Of a stretch of 64,000 bases of DNA, positions 50,969 through 64,000 are shown piece by piece. Source of the stretch: Ophelia neglecta (taxonomy: Eukaryota); NCBI GenBank assembly GCA_965285935.1, contig OZ260665.1:49786001-49850000 (forward strand), in the 5' to 3' direction. Position 1 is the stretch's first letter, and the number at the start of each line of letters is the position of its first letter. The notes under the pieces are model-generated. The model was not told the DNA's origin, made no database searches, and was given only the letters and a program-made list of their open reading frames with translations. Position numbers and translations under genes: made by a program.

Positions 50969-53102
50969 TAATCATAAGATACACATGTATGTTCATATAC
51001 AATAATCTAAAATCTAGCAAAAAAAATGACATTCTTAGATATATAAATTTAAAACGAGGGATGTTGATTACGAAATATAGTTTCCAAAATAATATAAATC
51101 GATTCAATTCGGCTTATCTTGTTAGTTCATTTCTTGCCTGACTAGAAATAACCACCGTGATTGGGAACATGCGGGACAAAATTCTACCACGAATAGGCCT
51201 TTTAGTGTCGTTTTCGTAAATTAATATTAAACGAGATACAGTTCTTTACGGAAATTGGACTTGCGCATGTTAGGTTAGTCAATCATTATGACAAACAAAT
51301 GTTAGCATTCATAATAATAATTAGCTCACTGTCACGCTAATTTACTTAAAATAACTATTTCATATTTGTAATATTCTGTAATCGAAGAACGTAAGAAAAA
51401 CCTTATAACTTTCTGCGGTAATTTAGTAAATTATGCTCAAACAAATCACGTATACCAATCAATGAAAGACGGACTAATTGCTCGGGTCATGCAGAATAGT
51501 TTAACCTGAGTTAACTGTGGTAATACTTTTTCTGTAAACATGTTGGTTCGATAGACGTATAATGATATCTTGCACTGACACAATAAAAAAGTTCGATCGA
51601 ACTCTTTGTGATAACTAAATTAAATACCTGCAAATTTACAGCACAATAAGGTTTTTATGCTAAATGCAATGAAAATACTAACCATACCCGTTTATATATC
51701 CTATATTTGCTTGATATATGTACTAAATTAATATAGGCTAATCATAATTCAAACTGTGTTAAATGTGATTTTTGTCCTTTGTCAGACACTTGTGAGAGAA
51801 CCTTTGACAGTTGCTAACATGAAGCACTCTAGAAATTCATTTCATTGCATAGGTTTCGCTGAATCAACATGATTGTGCAAATCGAAACGTGCTATGAAAT
51901 TTCGGACTCACTTATACATAATATTTTTATCTATACCGGAAATTGTACTTTCTCTGGTAACAAATAATATATGTGTGCTGTTCATAGATTTATAGCTACA
52001 TGTTCATGCTTGTTCCCCAACAAAGTTTAACAATAATAATAATGTCTATACCAATAATTATACTTATGTGAATGAAAGTGATGTGTTTATATTTATGTAA
52101 CTATTCTTAAATTGGACTTATTTATTGTCAATACTATTAATTCCAGATAGTTAAGCTTTTGCTGGATTATATGGCCAAATACCCTTTACAAATACGCTAA
52201 TGTGCAGTTAAGGTATATGTGTTTCCACTTCAATAAGTGTATCACAATGGTATGAAGTTTGCGGTGGTACGTGAATTTAAAGATTCCCTTTTTGTCCTTA
52301 TTTATTTTACAAATATTCTGATATTTTCCATTCTGATGTGTCATCGCATGGAACGGAATTGATCCTTATCTTATCTCATTGAAGATGCAATAATTTGAAT
52401 AAAGTTTGGCCAATTTTCATGGCTGTTGTAATCCTTGGTTTTGTTTTAAAACAATTCAATGAAAATATTTACATGGCATGAATGTGAAGATGATGATTCT
52501 TCTATGAAGTAGGCCTATAGTTAAAGTTCCTAATGCTTCCCATCATTTACAGTTGTCAACATATGGGCTTCATTATTTTGAATGGGTCAACCAGAGCCCA
52601 TATAAAATTGACATATCTCAGTTATACTTTTGTAATGCGCAGGAGATCAATATGTTATTGGAGGGCAAACTTTTTGCTATAATCAAGTGTGCAAGAACAT
52701 AAGTGTCCAACTTTGGGCAAGTCCCAATCACTTATTTATTGCAAACTACTTCAAATGAAAGTTATTATATTTTTAGCCAAAAATAAAACCCGCCGCTCTG
52801 CACCATGAAACTGGAACGTACCCCTCTAATACTGATACGGCGGGGGTTCCCCATACTGTTTTTTTTTTATTAAATTTAACATCTGATGACATACTGAAAA
52901 GATCAATTTCAAAGTATTATATTTACGAATGTCCTTTAAATGCTTTTTAAAGTTTAGATTTTTGAAACTTCAGTAGATCGTAGGCCTATGTTCTTAATCA
53001 GGAACTATGTCATGTTGGGGTCATTGCTTCCGTGTCGCCTAGCCTAGGACATTGACTTCAAGCAATTTGGTTAATACCCTGACCAGAAGGCGGACAAATA
53101 CA

Positions 53103-53290
53103 TACTGTACAACCCTTATCGTATATCGTGTCCCTTAATATTCGCGGTTTTGACAAATATTTTACTGTTCTTTAATATTAATTTTACGTTTTCATTCAAT
53201 AGTTTCGCACATGCCATTAATTTTCGCGAGCCCTTTACTTTTGCGTTTTTTCCCTTCTCGCAAAATTTGCGAAATAAAGGGCTCGAATAA
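53103..53290. mobile_element. Possible degenerate non-autonomous DNA transposon
   Basis: Starts TACTGTA and has repeated TTTCGCG/TTCGC and opposing CGCAAAA/GCGAAA motifs; the right end is not clearly found. Confidence 0.3.
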
Positions 53291-55871
53291 AAGAAAATGA
53301 AGTCTAGCTAGATTTTATTGTATGTTTTATGATAAAGGGGTTCCATACATATGCGTTTATATGTGAATAATATTGCCTCTTTTCTACAAAGAAGTTTCAG
53401 CATGTTGTGCCCCATGAAAGCATCAAGGTCCGCATTTTCATCTCCTTTTAAACTTTGGCTCTAAATTTTTTCTGTGTTCAATGTTCACATCCAGATAAGA
53501 GGGAGGTACCCACAATTCAATCAAGTAAAGTCTCAATCTTTTTCCAATAAAAGAACAATAAAGAACACGTAGAGGTTGATGGATATTCTATCTGGGGTTG
53601 TTGCTGGTAGGCCTATTCATTTCATTTAATATTCATAATACGCCGAAATGGTATGGTTATGCTGAAGAGAAAATAAAGCATGATTAAGCACAGAAAAATA
53701 ACACATTGAACACAATTAAGATCATTTAAATTGCCTTGTTAAATTCTGAAACCGGCATAATAAAAAGAAAACGTTTTTCAATTCATAATATTATGCTATT
53801 CTAAAAATACAAATCTACGCGAAAGTATAAACTTGTACAAATATATATTATAGCAAAAACGTTGAAGCTCAATTTTTAAAAAGTACATCTAGACGTAATT
53901 AACAATTTGATACTCATGGTATTAAAAGAAAAGTAAATAGAGTGTGGACACCTGCAGGCAACAAGATGTCAATCAGCCTGCAGTATCTGGTAGGGACAAT
54001 CAAAAGATCATATATATATATACATTTTAAATTTTATGATATTACAAGATCATTGAATTGAACAAAAAGTGTAAGTTAGAATGACAGTAAAATACAATAT
54101 AGGATGAAATGACACATTTATAAACTTGGGATGGTACAAGAACAGTATCAACAGTGTTGGGGCCATGGACAATGACCAAATGCTAATGATTTAATGACTA
54201 ACCAAATGCTAATGATTTTGTTAGAAGGCCTCCTTTTTTCTCTACAGGTAATGGGCGCGGGCCGTTTTCAAATTTTGCCTTTCTTATTATTACTATATTC
54301 CCATTTTGACCGTAAAATACTGGGGAATAAAATCGTTATTCGTATAATTCAGGACATTCTTGGCGACTCCGGAGTGATATACAGTACGAGGTGGATATAA
54401 AACGAAATAAAATTTAAATGCTGTTCATGCAAGGATCTCTTCCCCGATGCGGGCGGCACCGCTCTGTAAAGTAAAGATAAAGATATTGCCGCGCTGACTG
54501 GAACCCAAAACTCTTTTTTTAGACCTAAACTGGAAAACCAATCAGTAGAACAAGAATGCTATAATCTAGATTAGTAAAGATTGTACCCACTTCGAGACAG
54601 ACATAAAGACATAAATGCATACAGACATGGTAAAAACTCGATCAAAGCAAACCCAACCAAAATGCATATGAAATGACTATGCAGCCTAGTATATTATAAA
54701 AAGTTGTTGGAAACAATAAATTTACAAATAATTAGGTATGTATCCAGGAGTCAATTAACTATTAACTTAACAATTACCTTAATTGTGTATGTAAAATTCT
54801 GGATAAAGGAAAAGAATAAGCCTGCAAAGAAAATAAAAACAGCACGACAAAGATGAAGGCTTATCAAAATCTGGTCATTGAAATTGAGAAGTTCGTCGTC
54901 TGAGGAGTGGTTTCTGTAGAAGATTCCTCAACTGGGGCAGGAATTGCTGTGCAATGCATTGCCTAGAGCAAAGAAGGAAATTGAATTCAATATAGTAGTA
55001 TAATTGTATTGCGAGTTGTATTCTAATTTAGATGAAACATTTTGAAAAACAAATCATAACAACAATTGAAGCGACAACATGATTAGGAAGTTCTGATTTT
55101 ATTGTTCATATGACATACATAGTTTTGCGTAATTATAACCATGAAAAGACAAGTAATTGATTTTTTTTCTGTGTAAGCAGTCTGCATAAATTTAGTTCAG
55201 TGAATTTTGGGCTGCTTGAAAACAGAAATAGTGGAACTTATCTATACAACCAATGGGGGATGAACATAAGATTGACAATGGACGGGTGTTGTGCTGGCGG
55301 ACTTTCAAAAGAGTGGAATACATTGTGTATACTTTAATTTTAAAGAGGACGGAAAGAGGTCTGTGGAAGAGCAATAGAGAGTACAGCAGACGGGAGGACG
55401 GACGCTACTATAGACGGACTAGGGCGCTATTAAACTGTGATGCAAAGGTCTCCAGTGTTTAAACCAAAGCATTGGAAGGGTGCTTATTCACACCAATTTT
55501 AGAACTAAATGGAGAGATATGGAAAGTCACATGCGGTCAATATTTGAGTGTCAAAAGCGCAAGTTCGAGATGAAAAATAAAAAGACTATGTTATTTAGGA
55601 AAGGTTCCAGATCGCCCCCCCCCCCCCCCCCCCGGTGTGTTATTAAATCTATAAAACAGCAATTATCTAGGACTCTTCGCACAGCCGAAGCCGCTCCAAA
55701 ACCCAACTGTTGAGTAAGCGAAGCATACTTGCTAACCCGAAATCAAAATATCATCAGTCACTCTCATTTATTTAGTCATTTACTACTGTCGAACTGCAAA
55801 GGCCGCGGTCGAGCATATTCCTGGTCGAAGATACAATTTCCTGGCGAATGATCCGACCCTGGATGTTTGGG

Positions 55872-56435
55872 TTATGAGGAAGGCAAAGACAAGCCCAGAC
55901 GATTAGTGTCCTTGGCATACAGTATGAGTTGCCGTATGAATCCCTCGTTGGTCAATATGCGACCACGAGTATTAGCTGTCAACAGCACAGCTGTTAAAAT
56001 GTCCATATTTTGGCTCTCCATCAGATACGCAACACACAAGGTGGCGCTGCGATTGACTCCCTTGGCACAGTAGACAAGAACCCGACCATTCTGGGCTTTG
56101 GCGTGGTCAATAAATTCCATTGCACGAGGAAAATGTTTCAGGATACGGTAATTAGAGTTATCGTCTGCTTCCAACTGCAAATAAAACTTTACACCAGTGT
56201 TGTGGTCATAGGGACACGCGTTTGTTTGGAGATTTCCGCCTGCACAATTCAGCACATGCGTAATGCCTATTTCCTTCAACATGCCGTGACTATCTGCATC
56301 TGAGTAATCACCTAGATAGAGATGATTCAATAACCGTGCCGGCCCGCTGGTGAAATAATAATCCTCAGTTGGGCGATTCGTTCTCTGGAGAATATCTCTT
56401 ACTTTCCTATAACATTCCTCTTCGTTGTCTTCCAT
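55872..56435 (-). CDS. Atypical dual-specificity protein phosphatase (DUSP3/13/26-like, catalytic domain only); 187 aa from ATG 56435
   Basis: LYLGD, GITHVLNCA, general-acid loop EADD, P-loop VLVYCAKGVNRSAT, AYLM and R..I..NEGF..QL. ACCATGG Kozak; acceptor ctattttcag| opens the exon at 56448. Confidence 0.95.
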   Translation of the reverse strand: MEDNEEECYRKVRDILQRTNRPTEDYYFTSGPARLLNHLYLGDYSDADSHGMLKEIGITHVLNCAGGNLQTNACPYDHNTGVKFYLQLEADDNSNYRILKHFPRAMEFIDHAKAQNGRVLVYCAKGVNRSATLCVAYLMESQNMDILTAVLLTANTRGRILTNEGFIRQLILYAKDTNRLGLSLPSS

Positions 56436-58676
56436 GGTCACGCTCCTTCTGAAAATAGACAGGAGCGTCTGAACAACAGTAGCGCAAGGCTCATATCACA
56501 TAGGCCAATATTGTTTTACAATGTGCAATATCGTATTTCACCCACAGGGCTTTGAGCTGACAGAGTTCTTGGAAGGGTGCTTTTTATACGACTGGAAACA
56601 GTTATCAAAATCAAACATAGAATGTATTTTAGGCCTGCAGGTGCGCCTGTCTGTGCAGCATGAAGTCGAAGAGGCGAAAAAAATATTACAACGGAGATAT
56701 TTTTCAGACGTTTAAGTCATATTTTATTACCCATTATCGAGGCCAAACCTCTTGCCTAGTCATTAAACGACCGGTCGGGAATGTATAAACATGTACTTCA
56801 AAGTAATAGGCTAAATGTAATTATATTCTTACTCAGTTGCCAAATAAAACCAGAGTTTGGGTTTCTGCAATCAAAAAGGGATATAGGCCTACAGAAAAAA
56901 AGGAACTCTTCATTTAGTATTTAAAAGTATTGTATCAACTAAAGATAAAACATAATTATAATATATGCACTTGGACATTCATATTTCAAGATCTTGGTGT
57001 GTTTGTGAATGTTTGTGACGCACGTGTAAGTGGGTTAATAGGCCTACACAATTCATGTAGCGGTATAGTTTTATGAAATCCGCGGGTCTGCAAAAAGCAT
57101 ATCGTAATCCTATATATATCTGAACGTGACAAAAATTAAACATATCATCGGTGATTATCGTCCACGAACAGAATGCCCTGCCATGCGATATAAACTAAAA
57201 GAGCTCAACAGATCTGAAAAGAGCTCAACAGATCGGACACATTTAAATAAACCTGAAGCAACATTTTCATTCTTACCAATTAGTACCTGTTGCAACAAAA
57301 TTTTGGAAAAGAGGTCACATTTTTTTCATAATATTTAAATAGGTCGTTGACGGATTTAACTTTTTCACTACACGTATATATCATAAAACATGTCTGAAAT
57401 TGAAAAATAACGACAAGAAGCTAGTTAGTTCCCATGATTTTAAATAATGGTCGAATAAAAAGCCGTCTTACAAACAGTTTGTTACGTATACCTGTGTGTG
57501 TGTTTTTCCTCCAATAACTATAACTTGAGGCCTAATGGTATACAAATCAGTCTACTGGGGAACTGTTCACACAGACGTCTCGCGCCGCCTGGGGAAAGCT
57601 GTATTATATTGCTTTGTGATAGTCGCCCAGGATTACCAGGGAACATTTCCAGGGCATGCTACAGATATGCAGCTCATTAGGGGCGATATACTGACGGCCT
57701 ATGGAGCTGCAGTGCCTACAGGCATATTTCCTTCGATATAAGTAGCAGATAGGTCGTTCAAATCTGAACGACAACGATCACTGTAATATGACATGGTGAT
57801 AAAAATAAAAAATGATTTGATGAAATGTTCCTTCTGTCTTGTTGTCTCAATGAGTCAATGCTTCAATTGGGACAAATTTCGCAATTACATTCAGTCTGAT
57901 TCAATTTTGCTAATTTGGCTTAGAATGAAGGAAATGTTTGGGTAGGAAATGCAGCTAATTGGGCAGTGACCACATACACATAGTTTAGGATTTCTGCCCA
58001 CTTTTGCTCCAATCCTGTAGCTTTTCCAGGGCTTTTGGTACTCTCGGCGTGCAATCCACACGAACCTTGTTTTTTAAAGAGGGCACAGCCACATCTGCTC
58101 ACTCTCTTCACTAAGAGTATTGCTCTTTCAGTGGCCTGACCCTGTTAATCCTGAACTAGGGCCAGGTTTTTGGTCGTACTCACTCGTTTTGCCCCGGAAG
58201 AATTGTTAAATTTGACTAAACTTTTATTTTGGCGTTTTAACTGATCGTGCATATGACTTTTGATTGTTCTCTTATTATGTATACATAAGCATAATAAATC
58301 AATGAAAAAAATGTGTGATCACATCATGAGACACACACACACCAGCCATCTAAAAATGGAATCTTTACTATGTTTATTTGTCGAGACATGAAGGTAAATA
58401 GATCATTTCTCACCTTCATTATATGCCTATGTGAACAACACCGTTTGATAAAAAATATAGAAGTTTTGCTTGCTATTAAGAATGAATCATTTCAAGATAG
58501 TAAAGCATACAGGTAATAATATCTTGACCCTCTTAAAAAAACTGTGTGTCTCGGGGAAATTTGGAAGACTACGGTTTATGAGTGAAATTGCATAGCTGTT
58601 TACTACCATTCTGTTTGAAGATTAGGTGCCCTATGAAATGTTTAATTAGATAGTAAATTAGTAAATCACCACTCAC

Positions 58677-58720
58677 CGAGTAGCCACTATGCCGCCTTCC
58701 TCTTTAGACTCCACCAACAT
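58677..58720 (-). CDS. Candidate upstream coding exon of the DUSP (MLVESKEEGGIVATR)
   Basis: Consensus donor CG|gtgagt in phase 2 joins in frame to the 56448 acceptor (R-RSVT-MEDN). The frame is open up to 58795; the exon start is uncertain. Confidence 0.45.
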
Positions 58721-58980
58721 AAACACTGTGGGACTCTTGGACAGTAAAATCTCTTCTCGGTCAACATGGTCATTTATTTTGGACTGTGTCCTGATTCAAA
58801 CCACTTCATAAGTGGACCCCAGCCATCGTGGTGGCTTCCCTCCTCCCTAGGGTGACATTTACACCAGACCTAGGTCTCTTCACGTCCAAGTAAACCCGAG
58901 TTTACTAAAACACCCAACTTTACAATAGAAAAGCTTATTTATGTTTGAACTTAATGACTCACCCAAAAAAATACTTATGA

Positions 58981-59165
58981 AGTCGCCCACCTAAAACTGG
59001 AGAAAAAAAAATTTTAATCAAAGGCCCGCCTGGAACTGGAGAAAACTAGTTGTTAGAACGTCCACCGGAAACTGAAGAAAGAGTTGTTTAAACGTCCCCC
59101 TGGAAGGTGAGAAATGAGGGGTTGTTAATATGTCGTCAACCAGAAACTGGAGTAAAGGTTGCTTA
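58981..59165. repeat. Degenerate tandem repeat of about 35-40 bp, about 5 copies
   Basis: Recurrent CGTCCACC(G/T)GAAACTGGAGAAA..GTTGTT core. Confidence 0.65.
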
Positions 59166-59273
59166 TAGAACGACCTAAGCATCTGACTTTGGTGGCCGAT
59201 TTGAGTTCCATCCTAGATCCATATCAAATCTGTATGTGGGTCAAGTCCATGGGCACGTCCTTCCTGCAACTGA

Positions 59274-59303
59274 TGACGTCGGTCCAATCAGCCATTACGT
59301 GAC
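59274..59303. promoter_or_regulatory. Cluster of CRE-like and CCAAT motifs, a possible DUSP promoter element
   Basis: TGACGTC, CCAATCA and TTACGTGAC within 30 bp, about 500 bp upstream of the candidate exon. Confidence 0.3.
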
Positions 59304-62300
59304 GACCTCATTAACTCTTTATATTAATATTCGATATAGATCTAGTGATTAAATAGTAAATTATACCGACCTGTGAATATCCACTAAAAGTTGGTCTTCC
59401 TATCTCGACAGCACATTTCTTGTATCGGATAGCCCCCCTCTTATCCCGGGCAGCCATCATCTTCCATCTGGTTGTTCATCTGAAGCTCAGTTAACAATAA
59501 AGGTTTGAGCAGTAATAGTTGATAGCAGGACTTAAAATAAAGCTAATCAATAAATAGAGATTCAGATATGCTATTTGAAAATCAAACTGTACCTTCAGAA
59601 AATTCCGAAATTGACGACAAATGCTCATATAAGGAATTGCCGAAAACTGCAGAATTGACAAAATACGCCCGACATATTCGCGCAGTAATCAACACTTGAT
59701 TTGTAAAAACGAAAATCGGTGTATAATCTAGCTTTAAAATGTACATGTATATCTCTACACCATACAAACACACCTGTATGTGTATATGTATGTATACCCC
59801 ACTTACGTATGCACTGTGATTTTTAATGCGTTTTTAATGCGTTTTTTTTTAATTCTTGCATGGAACATGTCTGCCGAGAGCTATACAATGTCCCACTTTG
59901 GGATAAAGGTGAGAACATTCCCTTTAATTTCACCACTGGTCTGATACCCTCATCCGCTACATGCACTGTGATCGTCTCATAACAAAATTGCCAGTTGTGG
60001 CACTATTATTCATTATCATTTGTCGTAGTAGGCCTATAAAAAGAAACTTTTATTCTTCTTCGACGTTGCTTTAAAGGCAGAGATAGATGAGTACATACAC
60101 TAACAAATAGTACTCAGCATTCAGTATTCATAGCAAAATGGAGAAGGAGAGCGGTTGGTGCTATTTGCCCCATCCCATTGCTCCTCTCCCAATACAAAAA
60201 GTTGAAGAAACCTTGATTAAACATGTATTATCAAGGTTTCAAGCTATACTTTATACTGTTTCATGCTGTAACTCATCAAACAACATAAGCAGTTCAAATT
60301 CCATACACTATAATGGAGACTTGCCTTTAGAGACCAATATAAAACTGCAATTTCTACTGGCACATGTTCGCCTGGTTGGAATGCATTGTACCTCCTCCTA
60401 TCAATTTGAATCGGGAGCGAGTAGCCGGGGTCACCGGCGGGTCACGCCGTAAAAAGGGACTGAACTAAGATTTTGCCCGTCATCTGCTTTCCATTAAAGT
60501 CACAACCTTATGCGATCAATGGTTTCCAAAAAGGGCCACGCATAAAAGCCGAACATTTTTCACATCTGCATATTTGTTTCTTTTATTCATTTCATTTTCG
60601 GGAAATAACTGGCACTTGATCATATGGGCATGCAGGGGAAACTCATTCCGATATTAAAGATGATATATTCGTGCCTGTTAAGGCCACCTGGCCAATGGTG
60701 TGGATCATTTTGTAAACAGGAAAAAAACGGCCTAGCTGTTTCAAGAATCACAGTTTATATGCCGATATATCTCTACTTTGCTGTTACAGTTTACAGGGAC
60801 AAACTCTTTAAATTATTATATGTCAATGTCCTGAACTATACCACAGCAATACATTAAACTACCATTACCTTATGGCCCAAACTTAGAGGTGACAAGCTCG
60901 ATAATATAAACAATGTAATTTCATTTGACCTTTTCGTCGATATTATTTTCTAAGAATATCGCAACTAGTTTCTTGTTTTCTGAAGTTATATAAACGTACA
61001 AAGTCTAAGGGAGCTAAGTGAGCTAAGAGGTTAACACTTCCTACCGAGGTCCCTATACAGAACTTATCGAGGGAAACGATGCCTCACTTTCTGCGTATAT
61101 ATTATATTAATATTATATATATATGCATAGAAGAAGGTAATTTTGTAATGGTGGCCTCAATCACGTATACAGCTAGTTACATTTGAGAAGTTTCTATCAT
61201 CTGAGTGTTTTTGCGCAACTGTAAGATGTCCGGGAAGCCAGTAACTAGGATACGACCTGCCAGATTCAAATAAGTGCACGGTTTTACGTATCTCATTTTT
61301 CAAACATTTTTGCCAATCTTAAAACCAAATGTCAGACAGTAAGGAAGATAACTATCAAGAGTTTGGCAAGATAGGCCGATAATATGCTACCATCGATGTA
61401 CAGCCAAGTTTTTAACAGACATCTTAATTTCAGAGTTGACGAGAGGCTGATAGATTCCTTGGCAGACTGACAAGTACCTGTAGAAACTCATGGTTTACAG
61501 AGCTATTGATATTGGCGAACAACTGTACAAAAACAGTATCTGACATTTGCTTCTATTTATACCAAGCAAATATATAATCATATTATTATATTATATATTA
61601 TGGGTTGTGTAAACATGAGGGCGGTGTCATGCAATGGTCTAGAATATTAGAAAAATAACAGACAACAATGAAATTTTTTCATTGTATACAAACATCACAT
61701 AGTTGAAATTGGTATAACCGTATTGTACGAAACTTGAGACATAGACGGCGCCAGAAGCACATATATAAAAATGTGTATTATTCTATAATGAAAATGGTGT
61801 TTTCTTCTTTTTAAATGCACAATATTTTGACTAATTATTCCAAATGCAGAGGCATTATGACATGAAAATTTATACGGAAAATACCTTCTAACTTCTCACA
61901 CCATAGCTTTTTGCTTTTCTTGGTGAACAATTTGAATTAAAGTAGAGAAATAATAATATAAATAGATCTATACCCGATAGGACAAAGAAGCGAGACAATT
62001 GATATCATACTGATCATATAACATTTGATCGCCTGAATTAGACTGTTGTTCAATCTTGCACCTTCCCGACTAAACCTATACATGACTCCGTTTGGGAGGA
62101 CCTCCTATTTGAGCTAGCGCTAGTCGCCCATCCAGCCTCTGAAAGGACTGCGTTCACACCATTCATTGCTGCGTGGAAACGGGCAGATGATGTTCATTCT
62201 TTTTGGTTTCATTTTTATTTGGGGCCGATAAACAACAATCACTTATCTATTTAGCCCACGTTCATATTCAAGAATTGCTTTCATTTTTCAATTTCAAGCG

Positions 62301-64000
62301 CAAATATTTCTCCAAATGAAAGTCTTCGTTTCAAGGAGGATAGTCCGAAGTATAGGAGCCGACTTCAGTTACTTGGCCTTAATACATAGTTTACCATTAC
62401 GACAGTTTTTCATTACAATGTTTGTGAAAAATCGCACGGTAAATGATGTCAAGAATAGAATTGAAACTCTTTCGAGAACGTGCAAAGAAAACAAGCAGTC
62501 GTAGACTCCGGTGTAAGCACCCAGGCGCTGGATTATAGAGGAAAAATGGAAAAGATGGGATAAAGATGTGAGAATAAATTCTCCGATTTTACCACTACTA
62601 GTCACCTACTACTTCCCGATGGGACTGTTACGGCTGACAAAGTTCAGTGGCGCCATCAGGCGAATCGGCTAGTAAGTACGAAGCCTAATCAATAATGATC
62701 AAAGATAAAGAGGAATTAGAAATGTCGTTAATTTCTATAAAATTAGTACGTGGATTAATTCGTCCAGGATGTTCTCGGAGCAAAGACGGCCCAAGATGAG
62801 AGGAAGAGTTTAAAACGAACCGTGACTCTCTATTTCCTTTGCTAACGGCTGGAGAAGCATTGAAAGATTTGTTGATTATGTTTCAGCTTGAGCAACAAAA
62901 AATGTTAAATTAAATCAAATCAAAGGACAGATACGCAGTAGGATAATTGTTTTAAGGGGCCATCGCACCAAATCGTTACACTGTTGCTGTTTTTGTTGTT
63001 GTTTATTTTTGTAATTGTTTTATAAATAATACATGGTTTCATCAGTTTATAAAGTCATGCTATGCGAAAGGAAATTTCCTACAAATTCCTTGGAAGCTTT
63101 TCTCTACATGTAGTACATCATTAGTAAGTTAGAAATCTGTGTATTGAATACTTGTCCATTATGGAAAATACACACAGAAATATACTACCTTCATGAGTCT
63201 ATCTGAAGGAGCAGGACTTTGATCAATTTGGGTTACACTGGTTTAATTTTTGCCTTTTTACAGCGTTGAGCAGGTTCTCATTTCTCTTGCATTTTTTTAA
63301 TGCTCTGGTATAGTATTAGCATCTTGTTTTTCATTTTAATGCATATTATTGTGTAATTTACTGTTATAAATGGATCTGATTTAAAACTATGTATGTTTGG
63401 GTCGAATTGCTGTAAAGGTAATCCTACATCGAAATTAAACTAGCTATTTATTTTTTTTAACTAAAATGAAATATTAATACCCCCCCCCCCCCCTCCCACC
63501 AATGAGGTTCTTCCTCATAGGAAACCTTAGCTCACAATATGATATAAATCAGGAACAAAAATTTATTAGACAAAGCAATGTGTTCGTCAGACCTGTTCTA
63601 ATATCAAGACATGTTTAAACATGGTTCATTGTAGTACAGCACAAATACGTACCCTTCAAAATGGGTTAAAGGTAAGTCGAAATGACATGGGGATGTTCGT
63701 TGTTGGCATTTCATTCTGAAAAAAAGGGTCAAACTTTAGTACGTGTTATTCCTCCCACTGTCCAGTATGATACATCAAATCATATTTGAATACATCAATA
63801 AGGCAATTAGTTCAATACTTGAAAATAAAAAGAAGTTACCCCAAGAAGTTACCCCATTAATTAAGATCATATCAGCTTAGCTTACATTTTACAGATTATA
63901 TGTAGACAATTCAAGAGAGGCAGCAGTGGGTAATTGCCCCCCAGCCCCCACCCTCTCCCCTCTCAAAATGAGCAACAACACCCCATACCCATCCCAATTC

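Noticed and set aside
56436-56441. GTG start for the DUSP given in the ORF track
   Set aside because: Eukaryotic gene; a Kozak ATG lies at 56435 and a splice acceptor opens the exon at 56448.
59365-59480. Possible DUSP upstream exon MMAARDKRG...YSQ
   Set aside because: The available donors are phase 0 or 1, incompatible with the phase-2 acceptor; it could only be untranslated.
62600-62660. Possible DUSP first exon MAPLNFVSRNSPIGK
   Set aside because: In-frame stops precede the good donor, and the alternative donor is too weak to support.

Overview
AT-rich, intron-rich animal genomic DNA, probably from a marine invertebrate (inference from gene content and repeat types). It is not prokaryotic, and most short ORFs in the track are noise. 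Three genes were assembled by hand from GT-AG sites and reading-frame phase. (A) A minus-strand PWGF-type PDZ gene of the ALP/Enigma/Zasp family; only its two PDZ exons (9447-9331, 2418-2270) lie in the window. (B) A divergently transcribed plus-strand paralog (ATG 14369) of about 35 kb: PDZ, a 2.36-kb Pro/Gln-rich exon, a ZM motif and no LIM domains. It continues into 15 phase-1 symmetric exons, each carrying one copy of a short repeated motif, and has two alternative last exons that both end in acidic-x-T-D-F* (1358 aa short, 1948 aa long with all exons). A candidate internal promoter would give a PDZ-less isoform. (C) A convergent minus-strand atypical dual-specificity phosphatase with a YCAKGVNRS P-loop. 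The best candidate for an undescribed system is the head-to-head pair of PDZ paralogs with different specificity residues (His vs Tyr at alphaB1). One of them always ends in a class I PDZ ligand and carries a modular one-motif-per-exon cassette array. Minisatellites, TA-flanked MITEs and strongly enriched TAGGCCTA/TACATGTA palindromes are also present. All gene models are predictions without transcript evidence.
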